From NCBI GenBank assembly GCA_964016885.1, contig OZ024743.1, positions 355,756,001 to 355,820,000 of the forward strand: DNA of 64,000 nt, read 5' to 3'. This stretch comes from Eledone cirrhosa (taxonomy: Eukaryota). Below, one piece after another: positions 37,501-53,234 of the stretch (the stretch's first letter is position 1; the number at the start of each line of letters is the position of its first letter). The translations under genes and the position numbers were made by a program. The notes beneath the pieces are model-generated. The model was not told the origin of the DNA and ran no database searches. It saw only the letters and a list, made by a program, of their open reading frames with translations.

Positions 37501-38264
37501 AAAGGTAGATATGTAGGTATGTGTGTAGATAGGTAAACAGACAGGCGGGTAACTTAGTGGGGGAAAAGACAGGCTGGTAGGTAAACAAATAGACAGGTAT
37601 GTAAGCAAATAGACAGGTCGGCGAATAAATAGACAGACAAACAAATAGATAGGCAGAAGGATAGGCAGACAAGCTAACCTCTGGATTATTTACACTGCTT
37701 TTTATCTAATTCCTATATATAAGCGCAGACAAAATTTATTATATCAAAATAAACAATGTACATAATATTACATAATAGCAAAGTTCACATTGGCTATGTA
37801 TTTAGGGAGTTCGCTTCGCAACAATGAAGTTCTGGATTCAGTCACGCTACGTGGCATTTTGGGTTGACCAAAGTCATGTGAGTGAAATTTGGTAAAGAGT
37901 ACCCGCTGAAACCTGTCGTATATGTGTGTGTATGTTTATGTGTGACAGTTTCTATGTTTATTTATGTCCCGTTATATAACGGTTCGACAAAAAAGAGAGA
38001 CCCAAAAAAATATGTACCAGAATTGAAAAATAAGTATTGAGCCGTTATAATCGACGAAAGGGGACGGTGCTCCGGCAAGATTGCAATCTAATGACTGAAA
38101 AATGTAAAAGACTATTGTTGAGGTTGAAAGGCTCAATGAGGAAGATTCCCTTGCTTCAATGAGCCCATGGGGTTTTGTGTTGTATTGAACATTCCAAATG
38201 TCACGGAAAAGTTTTACTCTAAAAATAACACAGATTGAGTTCTCTTTATCTTAAAAGTAGTAGC

Positions 38265-38339
<75 letters not shown>

Positions 38340-38720
38340 CATATACACACATGTATACACACACATATATATATGTGTGTGTGTGTGTTCGCGTGTGTGT
38401 ACGTGTGTGGTGTTACATTGTATATATATATATATATATAAGTATTGAAATTTCCGTTGGAAACAGAAAAGGTCATAGAAATGCAGAGTGCTCTATGTAA
38501 GCATCAGAGCAAAATTTAATGTATATATATATATATACATTATATATATATATATATATATTTGCTCTACGGTTCTTATATATTTGATATATATTTATCC
38601 TTATCGAGCCCTCTTTGGATTTTAGTCTTCAAATTTATTATTATTACTATATATAACAGTGAGTGCGTTCTGTTATTAATTCTGGCAATATTATTACACA
38701 AATATGACCCTCCCCAAGTA

Positions 38721-38765
<45 letters not shown>

Positions 38766-38771
<6 letters not shown>

Positions 38772-39590
38772 GATGTAAAATAAGAAAATTATAAAAATTA
38801 ACTTACTTACTAAAATTTCACTCCAACAAATTACTTTCTGAAAGGGAATAAACATGGTTTCCGAATGGAACACAAGGAGAATGCCTTTCGTCATCAGGAA
38901 GTCAATTCTCAGCTAAGTTCCCAGGCGATGAATATAATTGTTCTGCATCCCCTTGCATTGAACCACAAAGTTACTAAGACAAAACCTATATATTTGCTAC
39001 CATAGGTATGCATCTGTATATATATGTTGGTAGATATACTAATTCTTTATAATTATCTCCAAATTATTTTGTTGAGCAAAAATTTGCCAAAACTGCTACT
39101 ATAGTTCATAGTAATAGTTCGGCTACTGTCTTCTTAACACCCCACTCCTCACTGATTAACCTCGATGTCACGTGATTGATTCTTTTGAATTTGCCACCGA
39201 CCAAGGAGGTAGTGATTTTTTTCAATGTCTTGGAATTTAGTCCACGCTTGCTTTTTTCCATCCACTGAATTATTTTTGTATAAGTTCCCTGTGTCCACGC
39301 ACCGCCTGGGAACTTAGCTGAGAATTGACTTCCTGATGACGAAAGACATTCTCCATGTGTTCCATTCGGAAACCATGTTTATTCCCTTTCAGAAACTAAT
39401 TAGTTGGAGTGAAATTTTAGTAAGTAAGTTAATTTTAATAATTTTCTCATTTTACGTCTTTCATATAATTGTTCTGCATCCCCTTGCATTGAACCACAAA
39501 GTTACTATGACAAAACCTATATATTTGCTAGCATAGGTATGCATCTGTGCATCTGTATATATATGTTGGTAGATATACTAATTCTTTATA
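38766..39590 (+). mobile_element. Non-coding HHR-bearing retrozyme-like element with a 531-bp unit and an inverted 5' arm
   Basis: 38766-38927 is the reverse complement of 39303-39465. 38932-39050 is a direct repeat of 39463-39588. Bounded by (TA)n. Confidence 0.85.
39328..39410 (+). ncRNA. Hammerhead ribozyme (degenerate inverted copy 38820-38902)
   Basis: acuuc-CUGAUGA-cGAAAG...CUUUCa-GAAA-CUAAUUAG-UU-ggagu. Palindromic stem III. Confidence 0.75.
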
Positions 39591-39639
39591 TATATATATA
39601 TTACTCTTTTACCTGTTTCAGCCATCCGGCTGAGGCCAT

Positions 39640-39801
39640 GCTGTTTGGCTTTGCAAATATGTCTTTATGTACGGATGGTCTGTTCCAGTTTGAACACTTA
39701 ATGCCAACATAGCTAAGAAGACCCAGTAGTTTTTGTTGTTGTTTTGTAATTTTGGAATCGGTAAAAGAATAAATAAATAAATAAATAAAAACAGTTTGAG
39801 A

Positions 39802-39847
<46 letters not shown>

Positions 39848-40417
39848 TCTCACACACAACACAAAATATATGTCTATATATTAGTGTGTGTGTGTGTGCA
39901 CGCATGTGTGTGTGTGTGCACGCATGTGTGTGTATGTGCATATACATCCATATTTTGAACAAATCAAAAAACACCGGAATTCAGAAAGGGCAAACATCAA
40001 ACCACACACACACACACACACACATAAACACACACATAAACACACACATAAACACACACACACACACACAAACACACGCACACACACAAAGACACACACA
40101 CAGAAACAAACACACACAACACAAACATACACTCAAACATACACACACAACACAATACCTTTCAAAAGAAATTTGACGAACGCCAAAAAAATAAATATTG
40201 AGTGAATAAAAATATAAATAACCAATGAAATAAATAAAAAAAATACACGAAAATAAAACAAACTGTTTTTATTTATTTATTTATTTATTCTTTTACCGAT
40301 TCCAAAATTACAAAACAACAACAAAAACTACTGGGTCTTCTTAGCTATGTTGGCATTAAGTGTTCAAACTGGAACAGACCATCCGTACATAAAGACATAT
40401 TTGCAAAGCCAAACAGC
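39640..40417. repeat. Apparently perfect inverted repeat of about 157 bp
   Basis: 39640-39796 is the reverse complement of 40261-40417. Confidence 0.9.
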
Positions 40418-40555
40418 GATCTAGGACTTAGAATAAAAGTCACACGGTTTTGACACAAGACCTCTTAACGAATCAAAATACTTGTTTTCGCTTTTGGACG
40501 GCTTTATTCCTTCATACGTCATGTTATATATATATATATATATATATACATGCAC

Positions 40556-40688
<133 letters not shown>

Positions 40689-40730
40689 GATATACATATA
40701 TATATACATATATACATAATATGTGTATGT

Positions 40731-40806
<76 letters not shown>

Positions 40807-41651
40807 CGATATATATGTCGATACTATATGTATGTTTGTCAGTTTATTTATTTACTTGTATTTTTTCTCTTATTGTTGATTGGGGGGGGGGTAGACGTGG
40901 AGGTGTTTTTAATATTTGTTTATCGTCATCATCATCATCACTGTTGTTATTGTCATTGTTATTTGTTGGTATTGTTTGTATTGTTTTTTTCTGTTATTGT
41001 TATCGTTCGTATTGATATTTTTTTTATTATTTTTGTTGTATTGTTTGTATTGATTTTATTATTTTTATCATTTGTATTTTATACATTATTTGTATTGTTT
41101 CCTTTTTATTTTTATTGATATTATTTCCATTGTTTCTTCATTATTGTTGCTGTTGTTGTTTGTATTAGGTTTATATTGTTGTTGTTCATATTATATTTGT
41201 ATTATTTTTATCTTCTGGCATGCTGGTCTTTGAGATTGTTGATATTGCAGTTGTCATCTTTAGTGGCTGTCGTAGATGGTGTTGTAGTTGTTTTGTAGTT
41301 GTAGTATTGGAAATTGGTGATGTGTATTTTGGGCTTTGGGTTTTTTTTCTTGTATATATTTTTCTTTGTTTTTTTTATCGTTATATTTTTTTCAATTTTG
41401 TCTCGCTATCGTCACCACTACGACCACAACCATCGTCACCATCTTCTCTACCATTACTATCATTGCCATTATTATTGTTATATCTATATGGGAATTTCTA
41501 TGACTATTCTGCTTTTTCATAAATTTCGTCCTATTGCTGCTCTCCTGTCTTCTTCTTCTTCTTCTTCTTCTTCTTCTTCTTCTTCTTCTTCTTCTTCTTC
41601 TATTATTAATATTGCTATTATTATTATTATTGCTATTATTATTATTATTAT

Positions 41652-44600
41652 TTGCATTTATCTTGCTTTATGTTTATACGAGTTATCACCAAGTCACAAC
41701 CAGTGACCTCAAGAGACAACAAGGTCCGCCATGTTCAGGAAAGAACACACATATTCACACATGCATCCTTAGTGTTTAGACTTGTGATGTACTTATATTG
41801 ACAGGATCTTCCTTAGTATATGGGCAGTTCCCATTAGTACTATCTTTTGTATTTCTCCTATACGCGGGTTTCCTGGGATTTGCGATAAGTAGTCGTTAGA
41901 CCCCTTAGGTATCATTCCCAGAGCGCCTACAACCACTGGTATTGTTTTAGTTCTCAATTTCCACATTTTTCCAATTTCTATCTCCAGGTCCTTATACTTG
42001 CTCAATTTTTCAAATGTTTTTATAGATACATTCTTGTCTATTGGAACAGACATATCAATTAGCAGGCATACCCTCCTTTGAAAGTCCTTCAATATTATAT
42101 CAGGTCTATTTGCATCTATTTTTCGGTCTGTTTGGATGCTAAAGTTCCACAAGATTGAGATGTGATCTTTTTCAAGTATGGGAGGTGGTTGATGCTCCCA
42201 CCAATTCTTTTGATGGGGCAGGTCAAAATGCTTACACATTATCCAATGTATGTATTGTGCAGCTCTGTCATGCCTGTTTAGGTATTCGGTTGGAGCTATG
42301 GGACTGCACATTGAAATTATATGGTCAATGGTCTCTGGTTGTTTTTTGCATACACGGCATAGTGGGCTGCACCCATTTTTTATTATGTTGGCTTGGTAAT
42401 TTTTTGTTGGCAGACACTGATCTTGTGCGGATATAATCAGTCCTTCAGTCTCCGATTTCAGTCCAGAGGATGCCAACCACTGATGGGTTAAAGTTTTGTC
42501 AACATCAGGATTGTTAGCTCGCTCTGGGTATTTTCCATACAGAGGCTTTTCTTGCCATTTCTTAGCCAGTTTCTGTAGCAGTTCTTTCTTTGCAGTTACT
42601 TTTACCTGCTTTGCTTTTTCTGTGTTTTCCATTTCAGCAGTAAATGGGACTTCTGAAATTTGTAGTCCATTACTGTATCTTTGTGCATCTTTTGTAATGG
42701 AATATGATCTTTTGGTGCTTTCGTGTTTCAAAACGAGTTTGATCATCCAATCATGTGATTCCCTTAGATATGTGGATAATCCAATTGTTGCAGTTTTCAA
42801 CGCAATGTCTAACTGGATTAACCCACGTCCTCCTTCTTTCCTAGGGAGATATATTCTATCTATGTCTGCCTTAGGGTGATGCATTCTGTGCATGGTTAAG
42901 AATTTTCGGATTTTTGTATCGAGCCTACGGATCTCTGTGCTTGACCAGTTGATGACATTGTAACTGTAGGTTACTACTGGTATGGCAAGCGTGTTTATGG
43001 CATCGATCCTATTCCTTGCATTCAATTCCGTTCTTAAGATTGCTCTGACTCTGCGGTAACATTCCTTCCTTATCCTTTCCCTCATTGTCGAGTGCTTGAT
43101 TCCGTCTCCTTCACAAACACCTAGATATTTGTAAGTTTGTTCTTGATCAAGCTCTCTTATCACGTTCCCCCGATCAAGATTAATGTCTGAACTCTTCAGC
43201 AGCTTTCCTCTGGTGAACGTTGCTTTGGCGCATTTATCCAGTCCAAACTCCATTTTAATGTCATCACTGAACTGCTTCACAGTGGATAATAGCCCTTGCA
43301 ATTGTTCATCATTTTTTGCAAATAGTTTCAGGTCATCCATGTAGAACAGGTGATTAATGGTTTTGTCATAGACTCTATATCCATGTTTTGTTTCATTGAG
43401 CATTTTACTTAATGGTATAAGTGCGATGCAGAATAAAAGCGGTGATAAAGAGTCACCCTGAAAAATTCCACAATTAATGTTAACTTCTCCAGCTTCCAGT
43501 GATTTTGTTTCACTATTCAAAAGGAGTGTCGTTCTCCATGTCCTCATACTGAATGACAAAAACCTCCTGACAACGGGGGATATTTTGAAAATCTCTAAAC
43601 ATTTTTCAATCCAACTGTGTGGCAAACTATCAAATGCTTTTTTATAATCTATCCAAGCAATCGATAGATTTTTGTGTCTATTATGACAATCTTCCAGTAT
43701 CATTTTGTTAACCAGAAGCTGATCCTTACAGCCATATGAGCCTCGTTTACACCCTTTCTGCTCAATGGGAAATAGGTCATTTGTTATCAGGTGGTCATAT
43801 GTGTATTCAGTTAGGACTGATGTTAAAATTTTATACATTGTGGTCAAGCAGGTTATCGGTCTGTAATTTTTGGGATTGTTTGTCTCATCATTCTTCGGTA
43901 GCAGGAATGTAATGCCGTTGACTAGCCATGATGGTATCTTTTCTGGCTCCTTAACTATTTCATTGTAAAGTTGGGCTAACAGCTCATGAGACTCTGTGAA
44001 GGCATTTATCCAAAAGTTTTGTATTTTGTCTTTTCCTGGGGATTTCCATTTGCTGGTTTTTCTTAGAGCCAAGCGCAGCTGTTCAACTGTTATATTTTCC
44101 CATGTTTGTTCTTCAAGGTGAGCTGTTTCTTTCATTTGTCTGTCTATCCATGGGGCATGTATGTTATGAACTTTTTCTTCGGCCCAGATCTTTTCCCAGA
44201 ATTCTTGCACTTCCTCCTTGGGTGGTATTGATTTAGCAGTTATTGTTGACTTACCAATTTTTCTGTAGAAGTTTCTTTGGTTGTTTTTGAACATATTATT
44301 ATCCTTATAGAATCTAGATCGTTTTTCAAAGCGCCTTATACGAGCAGCTTTGGCCGACACTTTTTGCTTGATTGTTTCTATCAGCATGTCTATGTCACAT
44401 GTTGATCTTATACTGTACTTTTTTTTCAATTTTCTAAGTTTAGTTTGTTTAACATGTTCACCTACTTTATAGTTTGTTAAAATTTCTATGTCAGATCGGA
44501 GAAGGTTTATTTGGCGATTGATGTTATCTTGCCAAGTAGATTTCTTGTGGGAATTCCTTTGTTTTTTCATCTTCACTCCACATAAGTGAGTGGTGACTTT

Positions 44601-44885
44601 AGCCGATGCATAATAGAGATGATTTAAGTCAGTAATGTTTATTTTGTTTGTGATGATAATGTTTTTGAGAATTATGTTAGTCTTGTGTATTATCTTTTGG
44701 TTCTGTTTGGAGTTCTGGATCTTAGGGAGGGTGTCTCGTTCCCCCATGTCAGATTCTTTCATTTTCATCCATTCGATCATAATTTCATCCTTCAAGTTGG
44801 CAAGTTCATTCTCATTCATTTCTTTATCATTTACGATCTCATTATTTTCATTTAGAGTTTCATCCTGAGCATGCACTCCCTCCAC

Positions 44886-44890
<5 letters not shown>
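41652..44890 (-). mobile_element. R4/Dong-clade RLE non-LTR retrotransposon, 5'-truncated, inserted in (TAA)n
   Basis: Single ORF, about 140-bp 3' UTR, (TAA)n at both junctions. Confidence 0.93.
41793..44888 (-). CDS. RT, CCHC zinc knuckle and restriction-like endonuclease (uninterrupted, about 1030 aa, no native start)
   Basis: KSPGKDKI, NYRPITCL, EQKGC, IDYKKAFDS, GIFQGDSLSP, YMDDLKL, CRVC...HIISMC, RHD, RPDII..LIDMSVP, KLSKY.DL. The poly-Ile N-terminus is flanking microsatellite. Confidence 0.95.
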
Positions 44891-44982
<92 letters not shown>

Positions 44983-45301
44983 AATCTCGTTTTATCTCCT
45001 TTTCAACAGTTTGTCAACATCTTGTCGCGTTGCTGGTTTATAGAACAGATAAAACGAAAACAAAAGATGCAGCGACACCACAAACAACAACAACACCAAA
45101 ATAGAAACAATAACAACAAGACTACTAATCCTCTCGCCGTGGTATCGACCTCTATCACCACTGCAATCACGGAAAGGTTGTAGTTTCTTGTTGTTGTTGT
45201 TGATGTTGTTGGCAATCATGCTGATGGTGATGATTTTAATTAAATTCTTGTTTTGATTTTGTTTTTCATTTGCATTTATAATTCACATAAACTATATATA
45301 A

Positions 45302-45358
<57 letters not shown>

Positions 45359-45371
45359 GTTTTAAATAGCC

Positions 45372-45442
45372 TTGTCTGATGAACGAATGCGGATGTTTCT
45401 TATATTCGTCTTATTCGGAAAACCTCTGGTAATGAGGTAATT
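45372..45442 (+). ncRNA. Degenerate hammerhead ribozyme plus PLE-type tail (to about 45545)
   Basis: CUGAUGA-acgaau...auucg-GAAAA-CCUC...GAGG-UA. One extra A and a weak stem I. Tail homolog at 38440-38520 (-). Confidence 0.5.
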
Positions 45443-45594
45443 ATATTGTATTGTTTATTATACATTAAATTCAGCTCTGTAACTTACATAGAGCACTCTT
45501 CACTCCTATGACTTTTTCAATTTTCAACGGAAACTTCAATACATATATATATATATATATTTATATATGTGTGTGTGTGTATGTATGTATGTAA

Positions 45595-46655
45595 AAGGTA
45601 AACAGTAATAATAACAAAATCGGTACAGTATATGGAAGGTATATATTAGGTTAACGCTTGATATAGCAGGAAGAGGGTCATAACGTTTCGGACGCTAGTC
45701 CTTCATCAGAAGAAAGAATGAGAAATAAAATAGATTGAGAGGACGGGCGGGATGGAATTGGAAAAAAATGTCTTTGGTGAAAAATAACAGGTCCATTCAT
45801 GTTGACATCTCTTGCAAAACTGTTGGTGCTGGCGTTTTGTGTATGATTTGTTTTTTTTAGTAAAGTACGGTCCGCCATACGGCGTCCCATTTGTCGGATA
45901 TATAAAGACCCGCAAAGGGAACACCGAAGGGCATAGACAACGTGGGTGGATGTGCAGGTGAAGGAATGGAGGATACGGAAAGAGCCGTTAGAGCCTGTAA
46001 GAGTGGTGAGGGTGGAAATAAAGGGACAAATGTTGCAGCGGGAACGGGAACAAGGATGAGAGCCGGGTGGAGTCGTGGGAGAGGACGAAAAAGAACTGCG
46101 AACCAGGAGGTCGCGGTGGTTTCGGGCGCGCTTAAAAGCTGTAATGAGTGGATTTGGAAAAAAGCAAGAAGTGACGGGGTCAGAAGAGAGGATACGGACG
46201 GAACGGATGATATGTCGCCGGAGTGGTAGGTGAGAGGAGGGAAAGGAACACGGGTGTTGGGAGAGCGGGTTTAGGTAAGAGGGCTGTGATGCGGTCTGTT
46301 TCACAGGCGCGGGTAAGAGCAGCTTGGATCAAGGTGGGTGATATCCACGCTGGATGAAGCAAGAAGCCATGCGAATCGTCGTCCTGGCTACAGAGTCGAC
46401 GAAGACGGAGGAATTGGGAATAGGGTATGGAGTGGGTTGGTGTGGGTTGGATGGGAGGAAGTGAAGTCGAGATAAGATTGGGAGTCTGTTGGTTTAATGA
46501 AGATGGAAGTAGAGAGGGTGTGGTGAGAGTGATTAATAGATAGAGAGATATCTAGAAAAGCGACAGAGGAATCGGGGGCGGAGGCGATGAAATTGAGATT
46601 AGGAGGGAAAGATTGGACTAAAGAAAGAAAACAGTCGAGTTGTTCTCGTGATAGA
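45595..46655 (-). mobile_element. Neptune-like PLE fragment (RT thumb, Cys motif, GIY-YIG N-half) with minimal HHR
   Basis: AFLDISL, KPTDSQSYLDFTSSHP, FKRARN.RDLLV, PCSRSRCNICP, VVYALRCSLCGSLYI. Frameshifted and internally deleted. Confidence 0.88.
45678..45713 (-). ncRNA. Minimal hammerhead ribozyme
   Basis: ucuu-CUGAUGA-AGGAC-uagc-GUCC-GAAA-CG-UU-auga. Confidence 0.8.
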
Positions 46656-46784
46656 GGTATGTATGTATGTATGTATAAGCTAATACAGATATTAAGAATA
46701 AGATTGACAGAGTAAGCGGGGGGGGGGCAAAGTAAGCGGAGGGGGGACAGAGTAAGCGGGGGAGGAGGGACAGAGGGCATTAAG

Positions 46785-48702
<1,918 letters not shown>

Positions 48703-48762
48703 GTTATTCCGGGTTGAATCGGAGGTAACCACAGTAAGTAAGGTACTCAATACATAGCAGAG

Positions 48763-48817
<55 letters not shown>

Positions 48818-49247
48818 TGCGGGGGCGCGCGTGTGTGTGTATACATATATTGCGTACTAACATTATCTCACACACAGACATATATATATATATATATATC
48901 ACACACACAAACATGGTATACCAACAACTACGTATGCGTGTATGTCCGTGTACATGTTCATACACCTTCGAACTCACAGAACACACACACACAAATACAG
49001 AAGCAAACAGCGATTGTCAATATGGAATGAAATACACACAGAGAAGATTATGCTAAATAAACAAGACATAACACTGTGATACACGCGAACGCAGTCAATG
49101 ACACACAGATACAAATACATAACATTACATACATATATGAATCTATCAAACATACTTGCAAATATAGACGCACTTATGCAAACACAAACATGTACGTAAA
49201 GTATGGCACAGAAACATGCACAGAACATAAGCACATATATACACAAA

Positions 49248-49319
<72 letters not shown>

Positions 49320-49801
49320 ATGTATGTATGTATGTATGTATGTATGTATGTATGTATGTATGTATGTATATATACATACATACATACATACATACATACA
49401 TACATACATGTATATATATATACAAACAAATTTCTTCATACATAAAACTGAAAGCATCCCACTGATACACTGTGCACACATTGTATATATATATATATTT
49501 ATATATATTTATGTATATATATATATATATATATATTTATGTATATATATATATATATATTTATGTATATATATATATATATATATAATGTATATATATA
49601 TATATATATATATTTATGTATATATATATATATATATATATTTATGTATATATATAATTATATATATATATATTTATATATATATATATTTATATATATA
49701 TATATATACATAAACGTATATATATATATATATATATAAATATATATATGAATATGTAATAACAATATATATATAAATATATATATGAATATGTAACAAC
49801 A

Positions 49802-49859
<58 letters not shown>

Positions 49860-50390
49860 AACAGACAGCTAGGCTGTTCGCAGCGCAATCGTTTGACACG
49901 AAAGAAGTTAGACGAAGTACAATCAACGGCTTAGAAAAACAAAATGTCGTTTGCTGCTGTCGCTATTGTGGTGGCAGCCATTTTGAAATGCTTTCAACAG
50001 CCTGTTATCTCCTGCCCTTCACGGCACCTCCGCCTCTTAACTGATGTTTTACGACAGATTTGGCCTATCTGTCGTTCTGGCATTTTTAGTTAGTGTTACA
50101 TAGACTAAGTCAGGCGGCAGGTCATTGGGAATAGCACCATCCTTCCACTCTGGTGATAGGGTTTTCAAAACATATAAATACAGACACGCACACACACGGA
50201 TACACACACACAGGCGCGCGCGCGCACGCACACAGAACACACACACACACACGCACACGCACACACACACACACACTCATACGCGCACCACACACACTGT
50301 CACATACGCGCATGTGGGCAAATGCAAATACACATATACCTATACGTACAGACATCCACATATAAATCATCTTAAAAACTACATTTTCTG

Positions 50391-50438
<48 letters not shown>

Positions 50439-50485
50439 CATACAAACCAACATTATGTATACATATTTACATACATACACTTTAG

Positions 50486-50522
<37 letters not shown>

Positions 50523-50533
50523 TACATTTTATA

Positions 50534-50596
<63 letters not shown>

Positions 50597-51042
50597 CTAG
50601 CCGAATTACCCGCGCGTTGCTCCGTTTCACAGATTTTTTCTTTGTAAGAAAATGATGATTGGTTTTAAATCAGCGATATAATTTATGGAGAAAAATTTCA
50701 ATATTACTCAATGTAAAAGTAATGCACAAAAAATTTATTATACTTATTCACATGACTCTCATCAACCAACCAAATTACTTTTCTAAAACCTATCATTTCG
50801 AGCCACTTTTTTCCATATAAAACAGAAGTAGCATTCAAACACCAACCAGATGCGAGAAAAACCACATGCCCTCCATCTCAATTCTACTTTTGAAAAGCAC
50901 AAGAACTGCGAAACCGGTAAAGGAACCAAATAAATATTTTTAAAAAGACTCCAGTTGCATTTTCGATTTCATCTTTTTTCCCTATACTTTCACTCGTGTA
51001 GGACACCTCATTTTTTTTTCATTTTGAAAAAAAAAACCTCAC

Positions 51043-51050
<8 letters not shown>
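50597..51050 (-). mobile_element. Non-autonomous Helitron
   Basis: Minus strand ends cggagcaacgcgcggg-taattcgg-CTAG followed by T (GC-rich subterminal hairpin plus CTAG). The 5' end tatattagaaagtgag is shared with multiple copies. Confidence 0.7.
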
Positions 51051-51080
<30 letters not shown>

Positions 51081-51596
51081 GTGAGGTTTTTTTTACAAAA
51101 TGAAAAATAACCGAGGTGTCCTACACGAGTGAAAGTATAAAGAAAAAGAGATGAAATCGAAAATGCAACTGGAGTCTTATTTTTTTTTTTAAATATATAT
51201 ATTTATTTGGTTCCTTTACCGGTTTCGCAGTTCTTCTGCTTTTCAAAAGGTGAGTTGAGATGGAGGGTCTGTAAAAACCACAGACCCTACATCTCAACTC
51301 ACCTTTTGAAAAGCAGAAGAACTGCGAAACCGGTAAAGGAACCAAATAAATATATATATTTTTAAAAAAAAATAAGACTCCAGTTGCATTTTCGATTTCA
51401 TCTCTTTTTCTTTATACTTTCACTCGTGTAGGACACCTCGGTTATTTTTCATCGGTAAAGGAACCAAATAAATATATATATTTTTTTAAAAAATAAGACT
51501 CCAGTTGCATTTTCGATTTCATCTCTTTTTCTTTATATATATATATATATATATATAAGAACATACTACACTGCCAATACAGATGAACAAGGCAAC

Positions 51597-51633
<37 letters not shown>

Positions 51634-52304
51634 AAGCGAGACAACAACACACGCACACACACACACAGTAACATTTAACAAACAGGCAGAGAATGGACTG
51701 ACAGCTAGCGCCAACCCACTCCCTCATTCGGCCGCTGACCTCTGTACGACCGACCCCATTTCACGCGCACGCGCGCTCGGCCGAATACCTCAGATATTCA
51801 AATCAACAAACAGCGAAAGACGCGTTCCGAGTTGTCCGACAGACAACCTTTTCCCCCACCCCGGAAAAAAACCCCAGTTGATGGATGTGAATCCGAAATA
51901 TATAGGGACTATTAAATCTCTCCCAAGGTAACTCTCTCTTGTGTTGTTATTTTTATTTTTATTTTTATTTTTATTTTTATTTTTATTTTTATTTTTATTT
52001 TTATTTTTATTTTTATTTTTATTTTTATTTTTATTTTTATTTTTATTTTTATTTTTATTTTTATTTTTATTTTTATTTTTATTTTTATTTTTATTTTTAT
52101 CCTTTATACTCTTCCCTTCATTCTACACATCTCACACATGTTTTACACACCACGCATCTCAACGTACACCCACTTACATCTCTCTCTCCACCACCGGACC
52201 TTGTTACCCGGAGATTTACCCATCTGCATTGTTGAGGCTTCCAAACGACTTAAAGATATTTACTTATTGTTCCACGATGCTTCAAACAAACTTCAATACT
52301 CTCT

Positions 52305-52471
<167 letters not shown>

Positions 52472-52502
52472 CATGAATCAAAATTCTGTTTAAATCATTT
52501 AT

Positions 52503-52551
52503 TTGCTTACAATTGTTTCTTCCAAACCGAGGTTTGAAGTCTTCGGAGCAA
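52503..52551 (-). ncRNA. Hammerhead-like motif with U4C core change
   Basis: uugcu-CCGAAGA-cuucaaac-cucg-guuuggaa-GAAA-CAAUUG-UA-agcaa. Confidence 0.6.
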
Positions 52552-52943
52552 TTATTCAGTGATTTTTTACATACTTGACCCCCTTTTCAACACAAGAGAC
52601 ATATAGAAACATATGTATACCCACAGTGGGTTGACATCCATTATAATAATATAGCAATTTACATACAAAGATTACAGTCATATTAAAGGACAAAAGTTAA
52701 AATTAAAATTAAAATTAAAATTAAAATACCGGGGTATTAAAGTTAAAATTAAAATTAGAATTAAAATTAAAATTAAAATAAAACATTGGGCAGTTTACAT
52801 TGAGCTATTTATCTTACTGGTAATAAGATAGTAATAAATTACTGTCTTTCACTATTTAGGGTTTAAAATATATATAACTATAAAAGGTTTTAGTATATAC
52901 ATAAGCATAAATAGTATCCTTAATACTTTATATATATATATAT

Positions 52944-53169
52944 ATTAAAATAACAGATTAAAGTTTAAGCAACGAATCGCTGCTTTCACCCTTAACGGAA
53001 TCTTCTGATTGAGTTTCAGAAGATCCCGTTAAGGGTGAAAGCATCTATTCATTGCTTAAACTTTAATCTGTTATTTTAATAAATATTTGGTCTACGGTTC
53101 TTATACATATGATATATAATTATCCTTATCGAGCCCTCTTTGGATTTTAGTCTTCGAATTTATTATTAT

Positions 53170-53175
<6 letters not shown>
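52944..53175 (+). repeat. Fold-back terminus plus tail (family also at 61800-61950 and 38560-38650)
   Basis: Hairpin 52944-53080, then a tail gctc/ggtc-tacggttc...gagccctctttgg shared by three loci. Confidence 0.75.

Positions 53176-53231
<56 letters not shown>

Positions 53232-53234
<3 letters not shown>

Noticed and set aside
44889-44933. Poly-Ile signal-peptide-like N-terminus of the 1046-aa ORF
   Set aside because: This is the flanking (TAA)n target read in frame. The element is 5'-truncated.
49860-50180. CpG-richer unique block with a YY1-like motif (also aagatggcggc near 10175) as host promoter or exon
   Set aside because: Short motifs only, with no ORF or splice evidence.
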